Made by a program: the position numbers and the translations under genes. DNA of 43,165 bases from a bacterium (GTDB lineage: Bacteria > Ratteibacteria > UBA8468 > B48-G9 > JAFGKM01): positions 1 through 43,165 of the forward strand of contig DAOQVZ010000003.1 in the NCBI GenBank assembly GCA_035341815.1, read 5' to 3'. The notes below the pieces were generated by a model that saw only the letters and a program-made list of their open reading frames with translations, ran no database searches and had not been told where the DNA came from. Positions 8,844 to 17,882 of the stretch are shown piece after piece (position 1 is the first letter of the stretch; each line of letters starts with the position of its first letter).

Positions 8844-9665
8844 TCAAGATAAAGGAATTACTCCTTTCCCTTTGGAAACTATGACATATACTTCAGCGGC
8901 GCCGCAGCCGGCAGCCTTTCCGTTCATCTCACTGACAACCCTGGGCGAAAAACCTGGTTTTCTCGGGAAAGGCACCTGGCATTCGTGGACGGATATAAGG
9001 TCTATCTTTTTCTCGATATATTCCGTTATATCCACGTAGATATCCCATTTAATATTGGTTGCGCCGAGATACCTGTGGCCTTCGACCCAAAAAAGCAATC
9101 CTCCCTTATAACCCGTGGAAACAGCCCTCCTGTAACTTTTGAGAACCAGCAGAGCGGTTCCCATATGTTCAATATCCCGCTGTACAAGCCCGTGAGTCAG
9201 AATCCACTCGGGGTCGTGTTTTAAAATCAGGTCTGCAAGAACGCCGCAGGCTCTGCCATCTTCATGAGCGGTTACTATCGTCGGCACATCGGCCGACACC
9301 CCTTCGGGCAGAGGGCTGCCGTATCTCAATTCCGCACAATCCCTTCCCCAGCACACGGTATTGTTTGTTCTTTCATCCCCGTTGTAGTGCCTCTGAGGAT
9401 GGTCAAGATGTACGGGAACGGTTCCCAGGAGCGCCGCTCCCTTCGCGGCTTCCAACTTGCGCTGTCTCATCATTACAACCGTTCCGTGAGATTCTACCTT
9501 TACGCTCCCGTCGGGCTGGATTTTGCTCCATCCGCCCGACATGTTGTTTGTCGCCATCACATATACGACCCCATACCCTTTGTCCCTGTATTTCAAAAGG
9601 GTTCCGCCCACGTTCAGCTCTATGTCGTCGGCATGGGCGCCGACGGCCATAATGAATTTTTTCAT
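8844..9665 (-). CDS. PIG-L/LmbE family deacetylase paralog B
   Basis: Motif VGAHADDIE. Start chosen at MKKFIMAVG (ATG at 9665) with GGAGA upstream. Its stop lies within 20 nt of the downstream paralog's start. Confidence 0.8.
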   Translation of the reverse strand: MKKFIMAVGAHADDIELNVGGTLLKYRDKGYGVVYVMATNNMSGGWSKIQPDGSVKVESHGTVVMMRQRKLEAAKGAALLGTVPVHLDHPQRHYNGDERTNNTVCWGRDCAELRYGSPLPEGVSADVPTIVTAHEDGRACGVLADLILKHDPEWILTHGLVQRDIEHMGTALLVLKSYRRAVSTGYKGGLLFWVEGHRYLGATNIKWDIYVDITEYIEKKIDLISVHECQVPFPRKPGFSPRVVSEMNGKAAGCGAAEVYVIVSKGKGVIPLS

Positions 9666-9763
9666 GTGAAGTCTCCGGTGAAAATGGTTCTCTAAAAGAT
9701 ACCACAAAAATCACGCATGCTGCAAAAACAAATTATTGTATTAAGAAGAAGCTACGCCGGATA

Positions 9764-11788
9764 TTAAAGACCTTCGAGTTTTTTTTGAGCCTGGGAGAAG
9801 ACGCTTGAAGAGGGATATTTTTCTATTACGGTTCGATAAAAATCCCTTGCTTTTTCTTTATTTCCCATTTGCTCGTACGCTTCACCCGCAAGAAATAGAG
9901 CTGCGGGAAGGTACAGGTTTTCCCTGCCGTCGGCAATCTTTATGAAAATTTCCAGTTCATCTGCCGCTTTCTTATATTTCCTGTCCATCATATGCGCCCT
10001 GGCAAGAAGCACCGACCAGTTCCCACTGAGTTTCGCATCGGGCAGTTTTTCCGCCCAGAGCATAAGTTGCTCGTAAGCGGCAGAAGAATCTTTTATCCTG
10101 AGACAGGAAATAACAGACTGTGCAAAAGCGCCGGATTGCATCTCCCTGTTCTCTTGCGCCGACGCCTTTTCATATGTTTCGAGAGCTTTCTCATAATCCC
10201 CTTTCACCCTCCATATATCCCCCATTCCTGACAGCGCCTTTCTCCTTGATTCTTCGTCAAAAGATTTTGTTTCGAGAACTTTAAGGTACTGGGCTTCGGC
10301 TTTTTCGAGTTCTCCTGTTTCAACAAACAACGCCCCAAGTTTCAGGAAAATATCGGCTTCAGGCTTCCTGGAAAGAAGGCTCCGATAAACCTGCTCTGCC
10401 GCAGAGTTTTCGCCTCTCTCCTGGTAAAGAGCGGCAGAAGCAAGGCCCACCTTCTTCCTTTCTTCCCTGTTAAGGCTCCTTTTATCAAGTGCCTGGTAAA
10501 CCTTGAGGGCATTATCCGCCAACCCGTAGCTCTCATATATGCCTGCAAGAGAAAAAAGCGCATCATTCTTAAGACTGTTCAGATTAAACCTGCCTAACTC
10601 CTCAAGATACTGCCGCCGTTCAAGAGGCATTATTTTTGCCATTGAGAAATCCTGACCGGCATAAACATTGAGGGTTATCTCGTCAGAATTTCCCTCTTTA
10701 TCCCTTGCCTTCAGGGTCACAGGATATTTTCCTCCCAGGATATAAGTGTGGTAAACATCTTTCCCCGAGGCCTCCTGTCCGTCTCCGAAAGACCATATCC
10801 ATTCCTTTATTCCTTCTTCGGGGAAAGAAATATCCCTGAACCTGAAAGTCAGCAGTTCCCATTCTTCCCTCTTCAGGTAGTTTGTATTTTCCCAACTGAA
10901 ACCGGCACATATTTTTTTACCGTAAGATTCCGCCTTTTCCACGGAAGCTTTTGCAAGTGGGAGAAAAAAATTGCCCGGGATGACGTCAAATTTCTCTTTA
11001 TTTTTCTGCTTCAAAGCCGCAACGGCTATTTCCTGCCAGGGCCTGCCTATGTGATAATAGATGAACTTATGCAAACCCTGCTTGAGAGATGCTTCTCCTG
11101 TACTTTCCGGCCTTACAAAAGGTTCCGCCCGGTGCCACCCTTCCCACGAAGCCACGGGATTGCCGTCCACCGTTATATAAGAGGGACCTGCCGAAGAGGT
11201 CGCAAAAGTCAGCTTTTCGGGCGCCGAAAGATAAAAAAAACCTTCATATATCCTCACCGTATCCTTCTCTCCCCCGAAGGGATTTGTTCCATCCCACACT
11301 TTTTCACGGAACCCCCTGCCTACGAGTTTTCCTTTCCTGCTTTTTTCAATAATATCCTTTACTCTGTCCCAGTCTCTTATGTCGTTCCCTTTCCTTTCAT
11401 AGACTTCAAGCAAAAGCCCCCTTTGGGGTCTCCAGTTGTATCCGGGAGACTCTGCGCTGTCATTGCCCGAATAAAGAAAATACCCGCCCGCTTCCCCGGG
11501 GAAGGCAACCTGGTACCTGTTTTCTTTTCCAGCAGAAACAATAAAAACCGGTATTTCCCTGCCCGCCAAATCGGTTATTCTTATATCCGAACCGTCTTCC
11601 TTTGCCTTGCCGAAAAAATCAAGGAGAACCGCTTTTTCAACAGGCGATTTGTCTTCAGACTCCGGAACCGCGACTGTCAGCCTGTATTTCCATCCATCCT
11701 TCCATCCCTGCTGAGCAAAGCAGGAAACCGGAATCGTTAAAATGGATAAAAACAATGCCAGAATAAAATGTTTATATTGAAAATGCAT
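9764..11788 (-). CDS. Secreted multidomain protein: DUF2341-like N-terminus, PKD domain, C-terminal TPR repeats
   Basis: 674 aa with a signal peptide (LSILTIPVSCFAQQ). PKD signature WSFGDGQEASGKDVYHTYILGGKYPVTLKARD. TPR-like helical repeats in the last ~280 aa. Confidence 0.75.
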   Translation of the reverse strand: MHFQYKHFILALFLSILTIPVSCFAQQGWKDGWKYRLTVAVPESEDKSPVEKAVLLDFFGKAKEDGSDIRITDLAGREIPVFIVSAGKENRYQVAFPGEAGGYFLYSGNDSAESPGYNWRPQRGLLLEVYERKGNDIRDWDRVKDIIEKSRKGKLVGRGFREKVWDGTNPFGGEKDTVRIYEGFFYLSAPEKLTFATSSAGPSYITVDGNPVASWEGWHRAEPFVRPESTGEASLKQGLHKFIYYHIGRPWQEIAVAALKQKNKEKFDVIPGNFFLPLAKASVEKAESYGKKICAGFSWENTNYLKREEWELLTFRFRDISFPEEGIKEWIWSFGDGQEASGKDVYHTYILGGKYPVTLKARDKEGNSDEITLNVYAGQDFSMAKIMPLERRQYLEELGRFNLNSLKNDALFSLAGIYESYGLADNALKVYQALDKRSLNREERKKVGLASAALYQERGENSAAEQVYRSLLSRKPEADIFLKLGALFVETGELEKAEAQYLKVLETKSFDEESRRKALSGMGDIWRVKGDYEKALETYEKASAQENREMQSGAFAQSVISCLRIKDSSAAYEQLMLWAEKLPDAKLSGNWSVLLARAHMMDRKYKKAADELEIFIKIADGRENLYLPAALFLAGEAYEQMGNKEKARDFYRTVIEKYPSSSVFSQAQKKLEGL

Positions 11789-11847
11789 TTACTTTTCCCG
11801 TATTTTCAGCCGCAGTTTTTAGCCTGCGTGCCCGCAACTGCACATCT

Positions 11848-12786
11848 TTAAGAACTCCCCGGCAGAGATATATCAACAGAATCAAACCAGACACTGCCGG
11901 GTTTCAGGTAAGAATAAAGCTTTATCCTGAACCATTCCACTTTGGGGTTTTTGAATATTACCTTGAAAGTGTAGTTCTTCATCTCTCTGTCCGGATGCAC
12001 AAAGAGCTCGTTCCTCTCCAGCCTGCGCCTTCTTCCTCCGGCAATACCCCATCCTTCGACGAAAATTATAACCTCGGGAGCCGAGCTTTTGATTTTTGCG
12101 TCAAGCCGCAGTTCAGCAGGCGTTTTTATTTCATGCAGCAGGGAATAAACCCACACGCCTTCGCTCTCGGCAACCGCCTTGTCAAGATGGAATACCATCA
12201 GTTTTTCTGACTTGTCCCACAGTGTCCTTTCTCCCGTGAGTTTCCACCCGCAAGGAAAGCCGCTTCCCTGTGAAAAATCAGGATTCACTACAAGGCCTCC
12301 TTTTTCAACCTTCCCTTCGGCCGCTTCAACGGAAACAACCGCTTCATTGGAAACAAGGTCTCCGTAAACCGCCTTCACCTTGAAGGTATTGGGCGTTTTA
12401 ACAGGGTAATAATAGTATGGGAAAAAAATCTTCCATCTTATTTTTTCTCCCGGCTCCATCTTTATTTTCAGGCTTCCAGGCCTGGGTTCGGGAGGCATAT
12501 GGTTTGTAAAAGTCCCGAGCTTTCCCTCTCCTGTTTCCACGGAAAGGTTAAAACTGCCTCCCATGAAAAGAACCCTGTTTTCCACCGGCTGGAGGTACTC
12601 TATGTCAATGCCTGCTGTCTGACCTGAAATATTCTCAATATCAAGAATAAGAAAAACATCTTCCTCCTGGCTGTAAGAAGCCTTTTGCGCGGAAAGAAAA
12701 AGAGAGAAACTCTCTCCAAAAACAGCAGTGCATGCCAATAACATCAGGATGGCTGAAATCGCAAATGGCGGCTTTACGTATCTCAT
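11848..12786 (-). CDS. Secreted hypothetical protein with a possible CBM4/9-like C-terminal half
   Basis: 312 aa with a signal peptide (ILMLLACTAVFG). VNPDFSQGSGFPCGW resembles CBM_4_9 starts. Its start overlaps the upstream stop by 4 nt. Confidence 0.65.
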   Translation of the reverse strand: MRYVKPPFAISAILMLLACTAVFGESFSLFLSAQKASYSQEEDVFLILDIENISGQTAGIDIEYLQPVENRVLFMGGSFNLSVETGEGKLGTFTNHMPPEPRPGSLKIKMEPGEKIRWKIFFPYYYYPVKTPNTFKVKAVYGDLVSNEAVVSVEAAEGKVEKGGLVVNPDFSQGSGFPCGWKLTGERTLWDKSEKLMVFHLDKAVAESEGVWVYSLLHEIKTPAELRLDAKIKSSAPEVIIFVEGWGIAGGRRRRLERNELFVHPDREMKNYTFKVIFKNPKVEWFRIKLYSYLKPGSVWFDSVDISLPGSS

Positions 12787-15530
12787 TTTTTATATATTTC
12801 CCTGTAATACTGCCTTACTATGTTTTCATATCCCGAGGGTATCTTTTCATCCCACACTCCCCCGATGCCCCCCGTTGTTTTCCGAACCGGGTCGCTTTTC
12901 CCGATTTTTGAAATCCTGCTTCTGAGAAAAAAACTGTCTGATTCCCGGAGGTGCGATATGATAAGATTTTTCTCGGTGAGCATGTTCTGCCTGTACCTGC
13001 CGTCCCGGAGCTTCACCTGGAAATCTTTCATTCCGGAAAGGGCCTTTTCGAGCTCGGGATTGTAAACATTCAGGACTTTCATCTCCCTGATAACGCTTTC
13101 GGTCTTCTCAATGATTTTCTGCTGCCTGGCCGCAAGCAAATCGTACCTGAAAGCGATATCCTGCTGCGGACCTTCAAGCCCTTCGGGACCCCACCCGCTT
13201 ATTTTGCCTCCTCCCGTAGGCCCGAAAGGCACATCGCCGCTGGTATCCTGTATTTCTCCGGGTTCCAGGTTATCAGGAGTCAGCCTTGCAGGGGTTTTTC
13301 GCCCGCCTTTTCCGGTAGCAGTGTTTTCAACCATCTCCCCATAGCTTCGGCCTGTCCTGCCTTCTCCGCTTCTTCCTCCTATCTCCTGCTGGTTGGGCAT
13401 AAGATTGCCCGTTACACCCTTGGCGCTCATGTTGCTCATAGGGCCGTCCATCGCTCCCCATCCCGCCCCCTTGTCCAGGCTGTCCATCCATTTGCTGGTT
13501 ATATCCTCTATCTCATCGCGCATGTCTTCTTCCTGCTCAAGAAGTTCCCCTATGATATCCTCAAGTTCGTCGGGAAGAGGAGCTTCGGGAACCTCGTAAT
13601 TTTTCTGAGGGTCTTCCATGTCCCACTTTATATAATCAGGAATTTCGGCCATCCATTTTTCAAGGTTTGATGTTATCTCTTTTGCCAGCTCAAGGCCTGT
13701 CTGAGCCGCTGGTATAGCCATGTGCACGGCTTTTTTTTCAAGCAATTCCCCGGCGCTCTGTATATGTGAAATCATCTCCACAAGCTCGTCGGCAAGGGTA
13801 AATTTGCCCTTTGTCTGGGAAGCAATCCTGTTCAGGTCGTCTACCATTTTCTGGAAAAGCTCTTTCCACTTTTTCTGGATTTCCGACATCTCGTCAGTCT
13901 TGCCTTCGCCTGAAGTGCGGTCTTCTCTGCGGTCAAGCCTCTTTGCGGCTTCTATCAACTTCTTTTCTTCCATGGCGAATTTTTCAAGGGCGGATTTCAA
14001 TTGTTCAGCCTGTTCTTTAAGGTCTTCCCGGACCTTGTTTTCCCCATCCTTAGCGTCTTGCATCTTGGAAGTGAACGGGTATATATAGTATACGGACGAA
14101 AAACCCCTGTTTCCCGAAGGCGAGTTGTCCGCACACTCGGCATAATAGGCAACGGGAGAATCGAATTTTTTAGGAATGCGCACGGAATGTGAAACCGAAA
14201 ATTCTTTCTGCCCCCTTGAAGCAAACCTGCATATCACCTGGTCTTTATCGGAAACGCTTCCTTTTTCTGCCTGTTTCCTTATGGTAACTGATGTCACCCC
14301 GAAATCGTCCCTCGCCTTCAGACTGAGGCCGATACTTTCTCCCCCTTTTGAATAAATGTCCCTGCCGGGCTCCATAAATTCGATATAGGGGATGCGGTCA
14401 AAAATAATGTTGAACCTTTCCTTTTCAGTCTCCCTGTATTTCCCGGAAAGGGTATCGTAATACCTGAAACGGTAAAGAGTCGTGTTTTCAGCATGAAAAC
14501 TGAAAGTTTTACTCCTGCCCCTTCCTTTGCCGTAAAGTATTTTACCGGGTCCCAGCTCAAGAGAAACATCTTCAACAGGATTGGAAAATAAAGCTTCAAC
14601 GGTAACCTTTGTTCCGGATAATACGGATATTTCACCGGGCGGTTTTTCTTCCCTGGTTTTCCCCAGTCCTGTGTAAGAAGGGTAATCGCACGTAATGAAA
14701 AGTTTCTTAAGAATCGTCCTGCTCTTTACCTCCGCCCCGTACCAGTCTGTATTCCTGTTTCCCCATATTATCCTGTAAGCAAAACTTTCCTTTGCCCCTG
14801 GCAGGCACAGTGAATATATTCCGTTTCCCCCATCCATTTTTTCCTTCTCTTTCTGAGCATTCCTGATTTCCAGAAGGGGAATCCCGTCAGAGCCGTTCAG
14901 GTATACTTTTACCGTAAGAGGGGCGCCTTCTTCGATAATGCAGTTGCCCGGTTCCACCCTTATGTAACCTGAAAATCCGTTTGCAGGAAAAAACATTTTC
15001 AAAAAACCCCGGGCGGCCGCCCTCGGATAAATTGCGATGTATAAAAGAAAAAAAAGCAGGGAGACAACTGCTATTTTCTTATATTCCGACAGTTTCTTTA
15101 TATCAACGGCCCTGTCAGGAAGAATTTTTTGCGTTATGCCAAGAGTTTTCTGCTTTAGAAGTTCTATAAATGGACGGGGGTACACTCTGTTTTCGCCCAA
15201 CTGCCATGCGTTTATGAGGTGGGTATCGAAATCAGGGATTCTTTCTTCAAGAAGCAGGGCAAGCCTTTCATACTGAAACTTTCCCCAGCATGCCACGGTA
15301 AGATAATACCTGTAAAAAAGAAAAATGGCCAACCCGAAAAACAGGAGCCTCACAAGAAGAATTCCTTTAAATCCCAGAAAGAAGAGGTGCTCGGAAACCA
15401 GTGAACCGAGAAAAAATAAAAGCAATACCGATATTGAAAGAAAAAAATGTTCTTTCATGCTTCTTTGCTTTTCAAGCATCCTGAAGTAATCCAGGTACTC
15501 CCTTATCTTTTCTTTTTTCTCATCTCCCAT
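12783..15530 (-). CDS. Large membrane-anchored coiled-coil, acidic protein of the MoxR/Bat-like cluster
   Basis: Start taken at MGDEKKEKIREY (ATG 15530, AGGGA upstream), because the track's extension to 15662 runs into the repeat element. TM helices sit near the N-terminus and long Glu/Lys-rich coiled-coil segments follow. Confidence 0.7.
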   Translation of the reverse strand: MGDEKKEKIREYLDYFRMLEKQRSMKEHFFLSISVLLLFFLGSLVSEHLFFLGFKGILLVRLLFFGLAIFLFYRYYLTVACWGKFQYERLALLLEERIPDFDTHLINAWQLGENRVYPRPFIELLKQKTLGITQKILPDRAVDIKKLSEYKKIAVVSLLFFLLYIAIYPRAAARGFLKMFFPANGFSGYIRVEPGNCIIEEGAPLTVKVYLNGSDGIPLLEIRNAQKEKEKMDGGNGIYSLCLPGAKESFAYRIIWGNRNTDWYGAEVKSRTILKKLFITCDYPSYTGLGKTREEKPPGEISVLSGTKVTVEALFSNPVEDVSLELGPGKILYGKGRGRSKTFSFHAENTTLYRFRYYDTLSGKYRETEKERFNIIFDRIPYIEFMEPGRDIYSKGGESIGLSLKARDDFGVTSVTIRKQAEKGSVSDKDQVICRFASRGQKEFSVSHSVRIPKKFDSPVAYYAECADNSPSGNRGFSSVYYIYPFTSKMQDAKDGENKVREDLKEQAEQLKSALEKFAMEEKKLIEAAKRLDRREDRTSGEGKTDEMSEIQKKWKELFQKMVDDLNRIASQTKGKFTLADELVEMISHIQSAGELLEKKAVHMAIPAAQTGLELAKEITSNLEKWMAEIPDYIKWDMEDPQKNYEVPEAPLPDELEDIIGELLEQEEDMRDEIEDITSKWMDSLDKGAGWGAMDGPMSNMSAKGVTGNLMPNQQEIGGRSGEGRTGRSYGEMVENTATGKGGRKTPARLTPDNLEPGEIQDTSGDVPFGPTGGGKISGWGPEGLEGPQQDIAFRYDLLAARQQKIIEKTESVIREMKVLNVYNPELEKALSGMKDFQVKLRDGRYRQNMLTEKNLIISHLRESDSFFLRSRISKIGKSDPVRKTTGGIGGVWDEKIPSGYENIVRQYYREIYKK

Positions 15531-15589
15531 GTTGTTATTCCCTATCACGAATTCTGACATAAGTAATAGAAAGGCGTACCTGCGGTATA

Positions 15590-15779
15590 AACGGTTACCC
15601 TTTTCCTGCAATCTGGTAGCCGCAGGCTTCTTTATCCCGTGTAACGGGCAACCTGCGTACACGTATGGTTACCAAACAACGCACCTTTCCGCCACTAAAA
15701 CTTTGGCGGACTATCGAAAAGGTGCACGCTCACGGTGTAAACGGCTACAGGTTTTTCTTCTCTTGGAATTTCAGAATCC
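15590..15779. repeat. Copy of the dispersed mosaic hairpin element, inside the operon
   Basis: 15610-15638 matches the reverse complement of 28913-28941 at 28/29 nt. 15717-15749 matches the reverse complement of 28952-28984 at 33/33 nt. 15632-15648 (ttatcccgtgtaacggg) matches 33396-33412 with 1 mismatch. Confidence 0.85.
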
Positions 15780-17882
15780 CTATATGCCGGTCTGGCGGCG
15801 CAGGTACCAGCCAAGGTTCAGTATCACAAACAGGAATAATATTGCGTATTTCCCCGAATCCTGCGAAAAAGAAAGGTTTCGGGTTACATAATTTCTCTTC
15901 CCCTTCATAACTTCCTTTAACCTGTCTTTCTCTTCAAAGGCCACGTATGACCCTTTTGACAGTTCGGCAATCTGCTTCAATACGGCTTCGTTTCTTTCCG
16001 TATCAATAAATTCGATGCCTTCTTTCCTTGCTATAACCGGTTTAATATTTGTCTTGCCTCCAGAGCTTGCTTCTATAGTATATATCCCTTCCTGCCCGGT
16101 CACAATAAACGTTTTCATTTCTTTCAGGGTCAGAACATCGGTCTTTCCGTCCGGAGACCTGAGAACCGCTTCAAAAGGTCCGGTTTTTCCTTCGTTATAG
16201 CTGAACGCAACCTCAACCTTCTCGCCCGTACCGCAGTATTCTTTTTCTGCAATGATATCGGGAAGTATCTTTCCCGTGGCAAGATAATCCCCCGGCGCGC
16301 ACAGGTACCTGATAAGCCTGCCCCAGAAAAACCTGTAGGCTGCTTTATCCTGCCCGCTGCCGAACTCCCATCTCCAGGTATCGTCGGTTCCCACAAAAAG
16401 GCTTTTTCCCCCTTCGGCAGAAACGTTTACCGCGGCAAGAACCACGGGCAGCCTGCCTCTTTCAAGAATAACCAGCGGAACCGAGCCTTTTTTAAGGCTG
16501 TAGACGCTGTTGGCCCTCGAAATGAAAGGGAATCCCTCTTCCCTTCCGCTGAATACGGGCAGCGTCTTTCCTTCACCTGTAAGAAGAGGCAGAAACCGTT
16601 CCTCGATTATATTTTTTTCATCGCCTCCCGTAACAAGAGGGGCCACTTCGTCAAGCTCGGTATTCCTTACCCCTTCCATGAAATTCTCGCCGCCCAAAAA
16701 CAAGATACCCTTTCCTTTAACTGCGCAGAAATCCCTTATATTTTTTCTCTGCAGGGCAGTAAAAGAAGAAAAACTGATATCCCCAAGTATTATTATACTG
16801 AATTTTTCAAGGAAACGGCTGTCAGAAAAAATATCAGACGGCACGTCCCTGCCCTCATCGCCCGCATACTGGAAAATATTTTCTCCCACCCTGACAAGAA
16901 ACACGGGCATAAGCCCCGGCGTGCTTTCTATATGCCTTTTGAGATACTTGTATTCCCACCTCAGGCTTCCTTCCACGTAAAGTATATTTATTTTGGGAGA
17001 TATTACCCTTGCAAAAAAAGGCATTCTGTTGTTTTCCTTTACGACCTCACCGTCTCCCGGAAAAACCTCCGCCTCGTATGTTTTATATCCCTGGGCAGAC
17101 CCGGCTATTTCAAAAATGGCGGTAGCCGACGGGCCTGAAAAAAACACTTCGGTTTCTTTTATGACTCTGCCGTTTTCCTTCAGGACAACCTTGCTTCCTG
17201 AGTTGTCAAACCCCCTCTGGATTACATCCACCTCCGCCCTGAGGAATTCTCCCGTGTAAACCGGGGAGTTTGTCGATACTGCCGTAATGCTTATATCCTG
17301 CAGGAGGTCTCCGCCCATGCCCAGAACAAACACAGGTATATTGAAAGCTTTTTCGAGAACCTGCATATCTTCCGTCCGGCTTTCCTGTCCGTCGGTGCAA
17401 AGGATGACTGCTTTATACATGTCTCCCGTTTTGCTGTTTAGCTCGTTGAGGGCTGAAATTATGAAAGAAGCATTTTGCCGCGGCAGTTCAACTCCTATCT
17501 CTTTTTCTTCCTTTTTTTCAAGCTTTTCTCCAGCAGTATAAAAAGATATATCGCAGCTTTTAAGAAAAGGTTCCGCCCTTATGAAATCCTTTGCCATTTC
17601 CAGCCTTGTTCTGCCGTCTTTGCCCCCGATTCCCATGCTCATTGAAGTATCCAGCAGAACGGCAATTTTCTCCCTGGCACTGAAAGGCGCCCTGACCGAT
17701 ATTTCAGGTTTGAAAATCATTGCAAGAATAAGAACGGCGGAAATAAGGTTGATAACAAAAAACGTGTTTCTGTGCCTCGAACCGTCTTTTTTTCTGACGT
17801 AGAAAACGGGGAAAAGCGCTGCCGCCGAGATAAGCAGTATTAAGAAAGCGGGCAATATATGGTTAAAGCTTATTTTGAGCAT
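15780..17882 (-). CDS. Membrane protein with a VWA-like domain (Bat-cluster component)
   Basis: 700 aa with N-terminal TM helices. MIDAS-like LLDTSMSMG. Overlaps the upstream gene by 20 nt. Confidence 0.75.
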   Translation of the reverse strand: MLKISFNHILPAFLILLISAAALFPVFYVRKKDGSRHRNTFFVINLISAVLILAMIFKPEISVRAPFSAREKIAVLLDTSMSMGIGGKDGRTRLEMAKDFIRAEPFLKSCDISFYTAGEKLEKKEEKEIGVELPRQNASFIISALNELNSKTGDMYKAVILCTDGQESRTEDMQVLEKAFNIPVFVLGMGGDLLQDISITAVSTNSPVYTGEFLRAEVDVIQRGFDNSGSKVVLKENGRVIKETEVFFSGPSATAIFEIAGSAQGYKTYEAEVFPGDGEVVKENNRMPFFARVISPKINILYVEGSLRWEYKYLKRHIESTPGLMPVFLVRVGENIFQYAGDEGRDVPSDIFSDSRFLEKFSIIILGDISFSSFTALQRKNIRDFCAVKGKGILFLGGENFMEGVRNTELDEVAPLVTGGDEKNIIEERFLPLLTGEGKTLPVFSGREEGFPFISRANSVYSLKKGSVPLVILERGRLPVVLAAVNVSAEGGKSLFVGTDDTWRWEFGSGQDKAAYRFFWGRLIRYLCAPGDYLATGKILPDIIAEKEYCGTGEKVEVAFSYNEGKTGPFEAVLRSPDGKTDVLTLKEMKTFIVTGQEGIYTIEASSGGKTNIKPVIARKEGIEFIDTERNEAVLKQIAELSKGSYVAFEEKDRLKEVMKGKRNYVTRNLSFSQDSGKYAILFLFVILNLGWYLRRQTGI

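Noticed and set aside
10748-11740. 330-aa plus-strand ORF
   Set aside because: It is antisense to the well-supported PKD/TPR gene. The translation is low-complexity (F/P/R-rich) with no motifs, which is typical of a shadow ORF.
12951-13670. 239-aa plus-strand ORF, and similar ones at 13720-14088 and 28068-28766
   Set aside because: They are antisense shadows of strongly supported genes (the coiled-coil protein and ribE). Their compositions are implausible.
15531-15662. N-terminal 44-aa extension of the 959-aa track ORF
   Set aside because: The extension is encoded by the mosaic repeat element; the same peptide string appears in a junk ORF over the 28.9k copy. An internal ATG at 15530 has an upstream AGGGA.
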